A stretch of DNA of 64,000 nucleotides from Deinococcota bacterium. GTDB lineage: Bacteria; Deinococcota; Deinococci; Deinococcales; Thermaceae. Where the stretch lies: the NCBI GenBank assembly GCA_041695225.1, contig JBGFRI010000014.1, forward strand, positions 32,001-96,000, given 5' to 3'. The notes below the pieces were generated by a model. That model searched no databases. It was given only the letters and a program-made list of their open reading frames with translations, and was not told where the DNA came from. How positions within the stretch are numbered: the first letter of the stretch is position 1; every line of letters begins with the position of its first letter. This document shows positions 31,889 to 42,941 of the stretch, one piece after another. Made by a program: the position numbers and the translations under genes.

Positions 31889-32401
31889 TTACTGCCCGTG
31901 TCCCACATCTAGATGGCAGTGCAAGCAGCTAATGCCACTTCTTTTGCCCGCTGGAAGACTGGCGTGCGCACCAGCGCCGGTGCGGGCGTGCACAATGCCA
32001 TGAACCAGGTCAATATGACAGTTCACACAGTTCTGCTCGACTATGGCCCTGCCGCGCGGCTTAAGCTGGATGGGCTCGTGAAAGTTTTGCAGGGTGAAGG
32101 CTACCGAGTGGTTCCAGCCATCTATGGCTTTACCCACCCACTTGCCCACGGGGTCGTGGGGCAGGTGACAGTCAACACACCTGGCTACATTCCGGTGGCT
32201 CGAGCGCTCCCAGGAGGTGTGTACCTCACGCATCACGTGACAGTTCACACACACCTGCGGGTCGTCGGATAGATAGGACAGCGCCTGAGCGCGATCGGCA
32301 GTAAAGGCCCCAGCGCCAGCCATCAGCCCCAGAAAGAGCGCCGCTACCAGCAGGATGCCTCCTCCCATCAGCCAGTCTCGCATAGTAGCACCTCGCCCCA
32401 T
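31889..32401 (-). CDS. nrfH: Tetraheme quinol dehydrogenase NrfH
   Basis: N-terminal TM, SYLSDDPQVCVNCHVM, CVDCH, CVNCH, CLHCH..VGH. Confidence 0.93.
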   Translation of the reverse strand: MGRGATMRDWLMGGGILLVAALFLGLMAGAGAFTADRAQALSYLSDDPQVCVNCHVMREVHTSWERSSHRNVARCVDCHLPHDPVGKWVGKAIDGWNHSVAFTLQNFHEPIQLKPRGRAIVEQNCVNCHIDLVHGIVHARTGAGAHASLPAGKRSGISCLHCHLDVGHGQ

Positions 32402-32456
32402 CGTCTCATACCCACCTCATTGCTTCTATTCAAACATCTTTCCGCGCCACTAGTCC

Positions 32457-32470
32457 ATGCCTTAAGTCAA
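32457..32470 (-). promoter_or_regulatory. Possible Fnr/Dnr box upstream of nrfH
   Basis: Minus strand TTGAC-TTAA-GGCAT, one good half-site of TTGAT-N4-ATCAA. Confidence 0.35.
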
Positions 32471-33282
32471 AGGTTGTGCCGTCCATTGCCGAGCCCTGAA
32501 CCACTTGTTAGCGCACCATTGGTAAGCAGGCAGGACGCATTGGGGCAGCCGCGTTCGCAGGAGACAGCCCTGCCTATCTCAAGCGCCTGTTGAAATGTGA
32601 GCGACTGAGCCAGACCGGCCAGAGCACGGATGTTCAGCACGCACAATTTCCGCTTACAGATTCTAATCCAGCCTTGCTGGGAAAAATGTCCCAGTTTGCG
32701 GCTGACCGGCTCGGGGGTGGTGCCCACAATGGCGGCAATCTCGGGGTTGGTTGGCAGCTTAAAGCCCTGGCCGTAAGTCTGGGCCATCGAGAGCAGATAC
32801 TCGGCCAGCCTCGAGTCCACCTCGTGGAAGACCATGCGATCGAGCACCTGAACAATCTGACCAACCCGCTCGGCAGCGTAGCGGAGCAGGTTGCCGGAAA
32901 GCTTCAGGTTTCTCTGCGCCAGCTTATCGAGCTCTCTGGCCGGAATAGCCAGTACCAGGCTTGGCTCTGCCGCCTCGGCACAGGCAGGGTATCGGGGCTG
33001 ACTCATAAAGGCTGCTACCGCGGCCACGCACTGGCCGGGTCGGTCCAGGTGCAGCACAACCTGGCGCTCGCCCCTGGGGTCCAGGCGATAGACCTTTATC
33101 AGGCCCTCGACCACCAGATAAAGCTGGTCCGCCGGGTCGCCCTGTAAAAAGAGCGGCTGGTGCCTGGCAAGCTCGAGCCACTCACACTGTGCTGCCAGGG
33201 TGTTCAGGTCGCTACTGGGCACGCCCTCAAACATCGGACATGGACCAAGAATTTCAACAGGACTGGACAGGTAAGGCCGCAT
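32467..33282 (-). CDS. Crp/Fnr family regulator with C-terminal Cys motif
   Basis: LFLQGDPADQLYLVVEGLIKVY, RLAEYLL, HTH IAAIVGTTPEPVSR; tail CERGCPNASC. Confidence 0.9.
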   Translation of the reverse strand: MRPYLSSPVEILGPCPMFEGVPSSDLNTLAAQCEWLELARHQPLFLQGDPADQLYLVVEGLIKVYRLDPRGERQVVLHLDRPGQCVAAVAAFMSQPRYPACAEAAEPSLVLAIPARELDKLAQRNLKLSGNLLRYAAERVGQIVQVLDRMVFHEVDSRLAEYLLSMAQTYGQGFKLPTNPEIAAIVGTTPEPVSRKLGHFSQQGWIRICKRKLCVLNIRALAGLAQSLTFQQALEIGRAVSCERGCPNASCLLTNGALTSGSGLGNGRHNL

Positions 33283-33375
33283 TGCTCTTTCAGGGTACCG
33301 ATTAGGGGAAGCGGCATTTGTCCCAGTGGTCCCCGCGCCAGCCATAACCGACTTCCTGGCCGGAAACCATAAGCA

Positions 33376-33455
33376 ATGTCAAAGGTCGAAAGTCGAAAGA
33401 CCTTCGACCTTAGACCTTCGACCTTCATTAGACCTTTGACCTTCGGCTTTCGACA
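33376..33455. repeat. Heptamer array at right border of nrf cassette
   Basis: gtcaaag gtcgaaa gtcgaaa gaccttc gacctta gaccttc units, palindromic. Confidence 0.8.
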
Positions 33456-33536
33456 GCGCGTAGCGCTGGGGAGGTGTGCGGAGATTTACCGGCCCGTCAC
33501 TTTACCTTCTGGGTCCAAACCGATACCCTAACCCCT

Positions 33537-34202
33537 GTGCAGCGGATTTTCTGGCTAGCCTGGCGCGATCTGGTTTTAGAGTTTCGGGGCCGCACGGGCA
33601 TTTTGTCGGCGGTTTTCTTTCTGGCGGTAATGCTATTTATCCTGGCCATGGCTTTTGGCCCCAATCAACAAGACCTGCAAAGAGCGGGCCCCGGGGTGCT
33701 GTGGGTGGCGCTGGCTTTTGCCGGTAGCCTGCTGGCCGGGCGGGCCTTTGGCCTCGAGATTGAAGATGGCACCCTAGACGACCTCCTGCTGACCCCAGGC
33801 AGCCGCGAATGGATCTATTTTGGCAAGCTACTGTTTCAGTTTGCCTTGCTGCTGGTGGTGGGTCTGGTTCTGCTGATTTTGACGGCGGGGCTTTTCTACC
33901 TACCCATGCAGCACTGGAACTGGTACTTGTTAACCTTGATGTTAGGATCACTGGGTTACGCTGCCATCTCTACCTTCTATGCCGGGATGCTGGCCCGCCT
34001 GCGAGGGCGCGAGATCCTGCTTCCCCTTTTGTTGTTTCCGCTGGTCATCCCGGTGGTGCTGGCTGCGGTCAGGGTCACCCAGGGGCTGGTCGAGGGCATC
34101 CCCATAGCCGAGCTTGCGGACTGGCTTCGCCTGCTGGTGGTCTTTAACGTCATCTACATTACGGTCTGTGCCATGGTCTTTCCCCAGATGCTCGAGGGCT
34201 GA
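33537..34202 (+). CDS. ccmB: Heme exporter protein CcmB
   Basis: RDLVLEFR, E.EDGTLD.L, LLPLLLFPLVIPV. Confidence 0.92.
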   Translation: MQRIFWLAWRDLVLEFRGRTGILSAVFFLAVMLFILAMAFGPNQQDLQRAGPGVLWVALAFAGSLLAGRAFGLEIEDGTLDDLLLTPGSREWIYFGKLLFQFALLLVVGLVLLILTAGLFYLPMQHWNWYLLTLMLGSLGYAAISTFYAGMLARLRGREILLPLLLFPLVIPVVLAAVRVTQGLVEGIPIAELADWLRLLVVFNVIYITVCAMVFPQMLEG

Positions 34203-34410
34203 TATGACCTGCTGCGCTAACTACGCCGTGCTGAGCCCCGGGGTCAAACAGTAACTGAGGAGGTGCTTGATGTGCGATGTAGACAGGATGCTGGCCGGTT
34301 TTGAAGCGGGTGGTTGCTTGTGGTCTGGAGTTTGGATGTAAGGCGAAACACCCTGCCTCATCCATTTCAAAGCACAATAGAGAAAAGATAGAGGTAAGGA
34401 GAGAACCCGA

Positions 34411-35103
34411 ATGCAGCTTACCGGTACCAGTCAAACCCGTCGCTTAGACCATCTGACCCTGGGCATTCTGATCCTGGGCTCGGTGGTCTCGGTAGTGGCC
34501 CTGTTCATGGCCATGAACGCACCGCCAGACCAGGCCCAGGGTTTTGTGGCCCGCATATTTCACGTTCATGTTCCCACCGCCTGGATTGCCTATATCGCCA
34601 GCTTTACCGCGCTGGGCTATTCGATTGCTTACCTGATTCGGCGTAAGGCCCACCACGACCGTATGGCTGCCGCAGCGGTGGAAGTGGGGCTGATCTTTAT
34701 GAGCCTGGCCATACTGACCGGCATGCTCTGGGCCAGGCCGACCTGGGGCGTGTACTGGGACTGGGAGCCAAGGCTAACCACCACCGCCATCCTGCTGGCA
34801 GTCTATGTGGGCTATATGGTGGTGCGTGGGGCCATCGAAGACCCCGAGCTGCGGGCCAAAGCCGCCGCCGGCATAGCTATTCTGGGCTCAATTAATGTAC
34901 CCATCAGCTACATGTCGGTGCGCTGGTGGCGTAGCCTGCACCAGACCCAGTCCATTGATCTGTCTACTGGCCGGATTCATGTGGAGCCGGCCATCCTGAT
35001 TCCGATGCTGGTTGGGCTGGCGGCCTTTACCCTGCTGTACATCGGCCTGGTGCGCTTCCGAGGCATTATCGCGGCACGGCAGGCTGCCCGGGAAGAGGTG
35101 TGA
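34411..35103 (+). CDS. ccmC: Heme exporter protein CcmC
   Basis: HVP.AW, WARPTWGVYWDWEPRLT (WWD domain), WWRSLHQ. Confidence 0.93.
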   Translation: MQLTGTSQTRRLDHLTLGILILGSVVSVVALFMAMNAPPDQAQGFVARIFHVHVPTAWIAYIASFTALGYSIAYLIRRKAHHDRMAAAAVEVGLIFMSLAILTGMLWARPTWGVYWDWEPRLTTTAILLAVYVGYMVVRGAIEDPELRAKAAAGIAILGSINVPISYMSVRWWRSLHQTQSIDLSTGRIHVEPAILIPMLVGLAAFTLLYIGLVRFRGIIAARQAAREEV

Positions 35104-35105
35104 GT

Positions 35106-35228
35106 ATGTTCGACGCTCCGCTGTGGAATCCGTTCAACCCCTTTGTGGTCTGGACTTACGTCCTGGTTTACGCTTCGGTCTTTGGGTATCTGGGCTATCT
35201 GATCTGGCGCTACCAGAAGAACAAGTAG
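35106..35228 (+). CDS. ccmD: CcmD-like 40-aa membrane peptide (absent from ORF track)
   Basis: MFDAPLWNPFNPFVVWTYVLVYASVFGYLGYLIWRYQKNK; FVxxxY TM plus basic tail, between ccmC and ccmE. Confidence 0.75.
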   Translation: MFDAPLWNPFNPFVVWTYVLVYASVFGYLGYLIWRYQKNK

Positions 35229-35263
35229 GTCTGGGACGATAGATACTTTCCTCGAGGTGTGTC

Positions 35264-35695
35264 ATGAAACCTAAATTCATTATCGCTCTGGCAGTCGTGG
35301 GAGGGGCTCTGGCCTATCTGGTTTTTGGTGGGCTGGGACAAAACCTGGTCTATTTCATCACCCCCAGCGAGTACTTCCAGCAGGCTGCCCGCTTCGAAAA
35401 CCGCCAGGTTCGCCTGGGTGGTCTGGTCAAGGAGGGCACCATGAAATATAACCCCCACACCCTTGAACTGCGCTTCATGGTGACCGATGGAGTGAAGTTT
35501 ATCCCGGTCAAGTCCAGCGGGACGGCCCCTCCGGCCATGTTTGCTGAAAACCGCGGGGTAGTGATCGAGGGCCGGTTCCAGGGCGAGACCTTTGTCAGCC
35601 AGAACCTTCTGGTAAAGCACTCCGAGACCTACCAGGCCCCCAAAGAGGGCTGGACTCCAGAGCAGGTACGCAAGCTAATTGAGGAGGCCGAGTAA
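35264..35695 (+). CDS. ccmE: Heme chaperone CcmE
   Basis: LVYFITPSE, RLGGLV, GVVIEG, LVKHSETY (HxxxY). Confidence 0.93.
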   Translation: MKPKFIIALAVVGGALAYLVFGGLGQNLVYFITPSEYFQQAARFENRQVRLGGLVKEGTMKYNPHTLELRFMVTDGVKFIPVKSSGTAPPAMFAENRGVVIEGRFQGETFVSQNLLVKHSETYQAPKEGWTPEQVRKLIEEAE

Positions 35696-35739
35696 ATGTT
35701 TGACCACCAGAGTTACCTGGCTGTTTGCAGGAGATGCCT

Positions 35740-37731
35740 ATGACCCCAGGCATGTTGGGTGGCGTCACGATAGTAGCCGCGCTGATATTTTCGCTGCTGG
35801 GGCTGGCCCTGGCGGTGCTGGCGCATGTGCTGCGCGATGCTCGCTACCTGGAGGCAGCCAAACGCCTTTCCGGGTTGGCCCTGCTTTCGGCTCTGGTAAG
35901 TTATGGCGCATTGCAGTGGGCCATCCTGATCAACGACTTTAGCGTTTCCTTCGTGGCCCAGAGCAGCTCCGCTGATAACCCCCTCTGGGTCAAGCTGGTC
36001 ACCCCCTGGTCGGCTCTGGAAGGGTCCATCTTGCTCTGGGCCAGTATCCAGGCCTTCTATGGCTGGCTGGTAACCTTGCGAGTAGGCAAAAGCCTGGACA
36101 TCTGGCGGGCGCCAGCGGTGCTGGGAACGCTTTTCGCGGTTCAGGTCTTTTTCTTTGCGGTTATCCTGTTTGTATCCAATCCCTTTGAGGTTGTACTCAG
36201 CCCACCTCTGGATGGCCAGGGCACTAATCCCTTGCTGCAAAACCACTGGATGATGGCGGTGCACCCGGTTTTGATGTACCTGGGGTTTGTGGGGCTAAGT
36301 GTACCTTTTGCCTATGCCGTATCGGCCATGATTAATAAGCGCTACCAGAGCTGGATTCACGAGACCCGCTGGTGGACCCTGGTAACCTGGGGCTTTCTTA
36401 CCGCTGGTATCTGGACCGGCAAATGGTGGAGCTACGAGATTCTGGGCTGGGGTGGTTACTGGGCCTGGGATCCGGTGGAAAATGCCTCGCTCATACCCTG
36501 GCTTTTTGCCACCGCCTTTTTGCATACCGCGCAGGTGCAAGAGCGCAAGGGCCTGTTCAAGACCTGGAATTTTGCCCTGATTACCCTGGCCTTTGCCGGA
36601 ACAGTCTTTGGCACCTTCCTGACCCGCTCCGGCGTGATCATGTCGGTGCATGCCTTTGCCAGTGGGCCGGTGGGAGCCTGGTTTCTGATCTTTTTGTTGT
36701 CGGTACTGGTGCTGGGCCTGGGTCTCCTGGCGCGAGTCTCGTCGGAAATTCGCGAAGCTGGCGAGGTTCAGTGGAAAAGCCGCGAGGGAGTCTTGCTGGG
36801 AGGTGCGCTGTTATTCACCACCTTCTCCTTTGTGGTGGTGATCGGCACCCTCTGGCCCCTGGTAGTGGAGGCCATTAGCGGCGCCGAGGTCTCAATTGGC
36901 GCACCCTTTTTCGATCAGATCTCCATGCCTTTTGCTATCACCATGCTGCTGCTAATGGGTATTGGCCCCCTGCTGCCCTGGCGCAATTCTGGTCCACAGA
37001 TAGTCAGGAATCTGGTGATAATGCTGGTAGCGCTGGTTTCGGCAACGGTATTGGGCCTGCTGGCAGGCCTGACCCTGGGCGTCTCGTTTACTGTGGGGCT
37101 TTTTGCCTACAATGTCACTGCCATCTGGCTGATGATCTCCCAGGGGGTGCGGGAGCGCTCGAGGTCACTGGGGATATCTGCGGGGCAGGCTTTTGCCCAG
37201 CTCTTTGCTACCAATCGCCGCCGTTTTGGCTCGCATATTGTGCACTTCGGCATTGCTCTGGCAGCGCTCTCCATCGCCTTTAGCATGACCTACCGGGTGG
37301 TGGAGCAGCGCACCCTCAATGTGGGCGATACCTGGAACGTACACGGTATGGAGATCCGCCTATTGTCCATTGGGGGGCGGCAGGAGCCCAACCGCTTTGT
37401 GGCTCTGGCGCCAATTGAGGTGCGTTCCACCAGCCGCGATGGCTGGGGCTCGGACGGTCACTTCCAGACCCGGCTTAATTTCTACCCCCAGATGGATACA
37501 CCTCTGGCTACCCCGGTGGTGAGGTACTCCCTCTACAACGACTACTATTTCGTGCTGATGCAGTTCGATACCGAAAACCGCCAGTGGGCTACGTTAAAAA
37601 TTATCGTGACCCCGCTGGTGCTGTGGCTCTGGGTCGCTGGTTTTATCGTTGCCTTGGGGACTCTGTATATCTTGTGGCCAGTGGGTTCCAGGGTCTCCCG
37701 GCGAGAGGCCACCCCGGTAGCGGGTGATTAG
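35740..37731 (+). CDS. ccmF: Heme lyase CcmF
   Basis: EGSILLW, NPLLQ..M.VHP, LGWGGYWAWDPVENAS, TRSG..SVHAF. Confidence 0.95.
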   Translation: MTPGMLGGVTIVAALIFSLLGLALAVLAHVLRDARYLEAAKRLSGLALLSALVSYGALQWAILINDFSVSFVAQSSSADNPLWVKLVTPWSALEGSILLWASIQAFYGWLVTLRVGKSLDIWRAPAVLGTLFAVQVFFFAVILFVSNPFEVVLSPPLDGQGTNPLLQNHWMMAVHPVLMYLGFVGLSVPFAYAVSAMINKRYQSWIHETRWWTLVTWGFLTAGIWTGKWWSYEILGWGGYWAWDPVENASLIPWLFATAFLHTAQVQERKGLFKTWNFALITLAFAGTVFGTFLTRSGVIMSVHAFASGPVGAWFLIFLLSVLVLGLGLLARVSSEIREAGEVQWKSREGVLLGGALLFTTFSFVVVIGTLWPLVVEAISGAEVSIGAPFFDQISMPFAITMLLLMGIGPLLPWRNSGPQIVRNLVIMLVALVSATVLGLLAGLTLGVSFTVGLFAYNVTAIWLMISQGVRERSRSLGISAGQAFAQLFATNRRRFGSHIVHFGIALAALSIAFSMTYRVVEQRTLNVGDTWNVHGMEIRLLSIGGRQEPNRFVALAPIEVRSTSRDGWGSDGHFQTRLNFYPQMDTPLATPVVRYSLYNDYYFVLMQFDTENRQWATLKIIVTPLVLWLWVAGFIVALGTLYILWPVGSRVSRREATPVAGD

Positions 37732-37756
37732 CGAAAGAGCCTTAAGGAGCTTGTAG

Positions 37757-38281
37757 ATGTTTAGATTCTGGCCACTCTGGGTTTTGTTGCTCGGCGGACT
37801 GCTCATCTGGGGCATGCAGCGCCCCGACCCCAAGCTGCTGGACTCGGTACTGGTGGGAAGGCAGGCCCCTACCTTTAGCCTGCCGGTGATGGAGCCTTTC
37901 CGGGCCGAGTTCGGCCCCGAGCTGGGTGTGCACGAGAACCTGGACAAGCCAGTGGTGCTGAATATATGGGCCAGCTGGTGTCTTCCCTGCCGGGTAGAAG
38001 CTCCTATCCTCGAGCGCTTTCATCGCCTGTACGGCGACCGGGTCCTGATCCTGGGGGTCAATGTGCAGGACACCAGCGCCAACGCCCTGGCTTTTGTGCG
38101 CGAGTTTAGACTCACTTTTCCTTCGGTCTACGACAAGCGCGGGCGCATAGGTATCGAGTACGGCTTCCATGGGGTGCCCGAGACTTTCATTATTGACCGC
38201 AATGGAACCATACTGGTTCGTCACGCGGGCGAGATCTCGGCAGAGCAGCTGCAAGGATACATCCGGAGGGTGTTGCAATGA
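37757..38281 (+). CDS. ccmG: Thiol-disulfide oxidoreductase CcmG/TlpA
   Basis: LNIWASWCLPC, GVPETFIID. Confidence 0.88.
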   Translation: MFRFWPLWVLLLGGLLIWGMQRPDPKLLDSVLVGRQAPTFSLPVMEPFRAEFGPELGVHENLDKPVVLNIWASWCLPCRVEAPILERFHRLYGDRVLILGVNVQDTSANALAFVREFRLTFPSVYDKRGRIGIEYGFHGVPETFIIDRNGTILVRHAGEISAEQLQGYIRRVLQ

Positions 38282-38799
38282 CAAGATTCCAGTACCCAGG
38301 CCTGTACTGGGCCAGAAAAATACTCAGTGTGGGGCTATTGTTGGCGGCGTATCTGATGGCCGCGCAGGTCTTCGCCCAGCCCCGGCCCAACATTCCCCCA
38401 CCAGACCTTGGGCCCAGAGTCTTCGAGATTGCGCGCGACCTGCGCTGCCCGGCCTGCCAGGGTGAGTCCACCGCCGAATCCAACGCCGCCATTGCAGTGG
38501 AGATGCGCCGGATAATTGCCGAGCAGTTAGCCCAGGGCAGAACCGAGGCCGAGATTCACCAGTTCTTCGTGGAGCGTTACGGCCCCTGGATTCTGTACGA
38601 GCCCGCCTTTGGCGGACTGACCCTGTGGGCCTGGCTTTCGCCAATAATTGGCCTGGGCCTGATTGGCTTCGCCTTGTGGCGGTACCAGGCGGTGCTCAGG
38701 GCCCGCGCCCGCAGTGTCATATCGGAGGTCTCGGAAGAAGAGCTAGCCCGCCTCGAGTCTCGACTTAATCAGGCACCTTCCGAGGGTAGAAGCCTATGA
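38278..38799 (+). CDS. ccmH: CcmH
   Basis: LRCPACQGES, RYGPWILYEP. Confidence 0.9.
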   Translation: MTRFQYPGLYWARKILSVGLLLAAYLMAAQVFAQPRPNIPPPDLGPRVFEIARDLRCPACQGESTAESNAAIAVEMRRIIAEQLAQGRTEAEIHQFFVERYGPWILYEPAFGGLTLWAWLSPIIGLGLIGFALWRYQAVLRARARSVISEVSEEELARLESRLNQAPSEGRSL

Positions 38800-39581
38800 T
38801 TGTAGCTTACGTCTTTCTAGCCCTACTCTTCCTGCTGGCCCTGGCCTTTGCGCTCAGGCCCTTTTTCCGCAGCCAGCCTCAGCGTTTTCCCGATAGCCCC
38901 CGGCCCGACGAACTGCGATCCGAGCTGGAAGTATTAACCACTCAGGCCAAAGACGCCGAGGGCGAGGAGCGCAAACGCTTGCTGGCCATGATGGTCCGCC
39001 TGGAGCGCCAGCTCTCCGAGATGGGCAACGAAAAACCGGTGCCCCGTCGGCTGAACCCGGTAACTATGGCTGCCACCGCCCTTAGCCTGGTACTGCTAGG
39101 GGGCGCCTTGTGGGCTTATACCGTACCGCGTCTGCCGGGTGAGCCGGTTATCACCATGCGGGACGAAGCCCTTCAGCTTGGCAGCCTCCAGCGCCAGGCC
39201 GAGCGCAGTGGGGCTGCCAGGGACTGGCTGGCTTTTGCCAATAAAGCCTACGAGTTGCAAGATTTTGACCGGGCGGTACAGGGCTATATGCGGGTGCTGG
39301 AGCTCGAGCCGCGAAACGTCGTTGCGGTGCGACGCATTGGAATTTTGCTGGTGATGAGCGGTAGGCCGGTAGAAGGTGCGCACGCGCTGGAGCTGGCCAC
39401 CAGGGCCCAGCCCGATGTGCCGGAAGGCTGGCTGCATCTGGGCAATGCCAATTTTCAGCTTGGCCGCCCGGCAGAGGCTATCGAGGCCTGGGAAACCTAC
39501 CTGCGGGTGGGGGGAGAGAACAGTGTGCATCTCGCCAACCTGATCCAGATTGCCAAGGACCGGCAGAACACCCGACCCTAA
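38796..39581 (+). CDS. CcmI/CycH-like TPR membrane protein
   Basis: Two TM segments and C-terminal TPR repeats; overlaps the ccmH stop. Confidence 0.75.
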   Translation: MIVAYVFLALLFLLALAFALRPFFRSQPQRFPDSPRPDELRSELEVLTTQAKDAEGEERKRLLAMMVRLERQLSEMGNEKPVPRRLNPVTMAATALSLVLLGGALWAYTVPRLPGEPVITMRDEALQLGSLQRQAERSGAARDWLAFANKAYELQDFDRAVQGYMRVLELEPRNVVAVRRIGILLVMSGRPVEGAHALELATRAQPDVPEGWLHLGNANFQLGRPAEAIEAWETYLRVGGENSVHLANLIQIAKDRQNTRP

Positions 39582-39633
39582 CCTGACCCAGAGAAAAATG
39601 CAGATAATGAGCAGGGTTTTCTGAGGTTTTTGG

Positions 39634-41537
<1,904 letters not shown>

Positions 41538-41563
41538 TCAGATACACCTGGGGGCTGGCAGCG

Positions 41564-41965
41564 GTGTTCTATACTACAGAGGTGCGAACCCTCTTGTTTT
41601 TGGCCCTGATTGTAGCAGGGGTGTACTTTTATGCCGAGCGGTTTGGTCTGGCGGTGGGGTTTGCCCCTTTCACGCCGGTGTATTTCTGGAACTACACCGG
41701 AGAGGCCCACTACCAGATCCGGGCTACCGGCATCAGGGCTTTTATCCAGGTGACGGTGGGGGGTGAGCTACAACACGGAAGCCTCGAGGTAGAGATTCGC
41801 CGCACCGGTCAGACCAGTCCTGGCCTGATCAGACGCTATCAGGGCCGATTTGCCGAGGAAATCCGCTACCCCGCCAGCCCCAACCAGCACGATGTGATCT
41901 TCCGCTTCAACGACGCCCGGGGCCAGATTCGCATGGACTGGTTTTCTGCGCGTGACGAATTCTAG
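41564..41965 (+). CDS. Membrane-anchored hypothetical protein
   Basis: N-terminal TM then beta-rich domain; true start may be GTG 41582. Confidence 0.7.
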   Translation: MFYTTEVRTLLFLALIVAGVYFYAERFGLAVGFAPFTPVYFWNYTGEAHYQIRATGIRAFIQVTVGGELQHGSLEVEIRRTGQTSPGLIRRYQGRFAEEIRYPASPNQHDVIFRFNDARGQIRMDWFSARDEF

Positions 41966-42077
41966 CCTCTATGCACCCAAGCGGGGGATGTGCTAGACTT
42001 GTGGGCGGTCTGCCTCGAGGCTGCCTCTTGCGCTAGAGCGCTTTACAGGGCCTCATTTCGGCAAGTTCTGGAGAACT

Positions 42078-42371
42078 ATGGCACAGAAAAAAACTGCCCG
42101 CAACCCTTCGGCTATCAAGCGCCACCGCCAGTCGCTCAAGCGCCGGGCGCGTAACAAGTCCAAAATCTCTACCATCAAGACCATCAGCAAAAAAGCAGTA
42201 ACCCTGGCCAAAGACGGTAACACCAACGAAGCCGCTCAGGTCATGCGCTACGCCGAGAGCCTGATTGACAAAGCCGCCAAAGGCTCGGCTTTGCACAAGA
42301 ACGCCGCCAGCCGTCGCAAGTCTCGCCTGATGAGCAAGGTCAACCAGCTCCTTAGTGGGGCCAAAGCCTAG
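42078..42371 (+). CDS. rpsT: 30S ribosomal protein S20
   Basis: [30 protein letters not shown]. Confidence 0.97.
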   Translation: MAQKKTARNPSAIKRHRQSLKRRARNKSKISTIKTISKKAVTLAKDGNTNEAAQVMRYAESLIDKAAKGSALHKNAASRRKSRLMSKVNQLLSGAKA

Positions 42372-42382
42372 GAGCCCAGCAG

Positions 42383-42421
42383 AGGCGAGTCGCTTACGCG
42401 ATTCCGGCAAAGCCGTAACCT
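42383..42421 (-). repeat. 39-bp REP-like element, copy 4
   Basis: Exact reverse complement of 56-94, just downstream of rpsT. Confidence 0.9.
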
Positions 42422-42549
42422 ATGGGAAAAGGTGATCGCCGTACCCGCCGGGGCAAAATTTTTCGCGGCTCGCATGGCAAATACCGGCCTAAGCCCAAGA
42501 AGAAGTAGCGTACGGCCGGCTAACTACCATTGAGCCAGAGGAACTCGCT

Positions 42550-42606
42550 GATGTCTCAGGTCGCAAGTCGCAAGCCAAAAAGACCTGTGACCTGAGACCT
42601 GCGACA
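42550..42606. repeat. Heptamer palindromic element
   Basis: Reverse complement of 5683-5740. Confidence 0.85.
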
Positions 42607-42941
42607 CTTTTCCTTGGCTCTTTATGCTCGGCTCTTCTGGAAATGGTGTGAACCCTATCCTGCCGTCCTTCATTGCCGTAGCAAGGGCGGCCATGCGTTC
42701 CACCTCTCCCCCTCGGAAGGGCTGGGGTGAGGGCTCTAGACACTCGGGCTCAAGACTCCAAGCACATACCCACGTGAAGCGGGTTGGCCTGAGGCAATGG
42801 CGAAAGGCCCACACCCGCGCACGGCCGGGTCTGTGTGTAAAGAGCTAGCACCCTTTCGCCCGACCGCAGAGAGGTGAGCCTGCTCGACTCCTGGCAGATG
42901 TTCAGCCCACACGAAAGCCAAAAGAGCCTTAGGTTTTGGTC

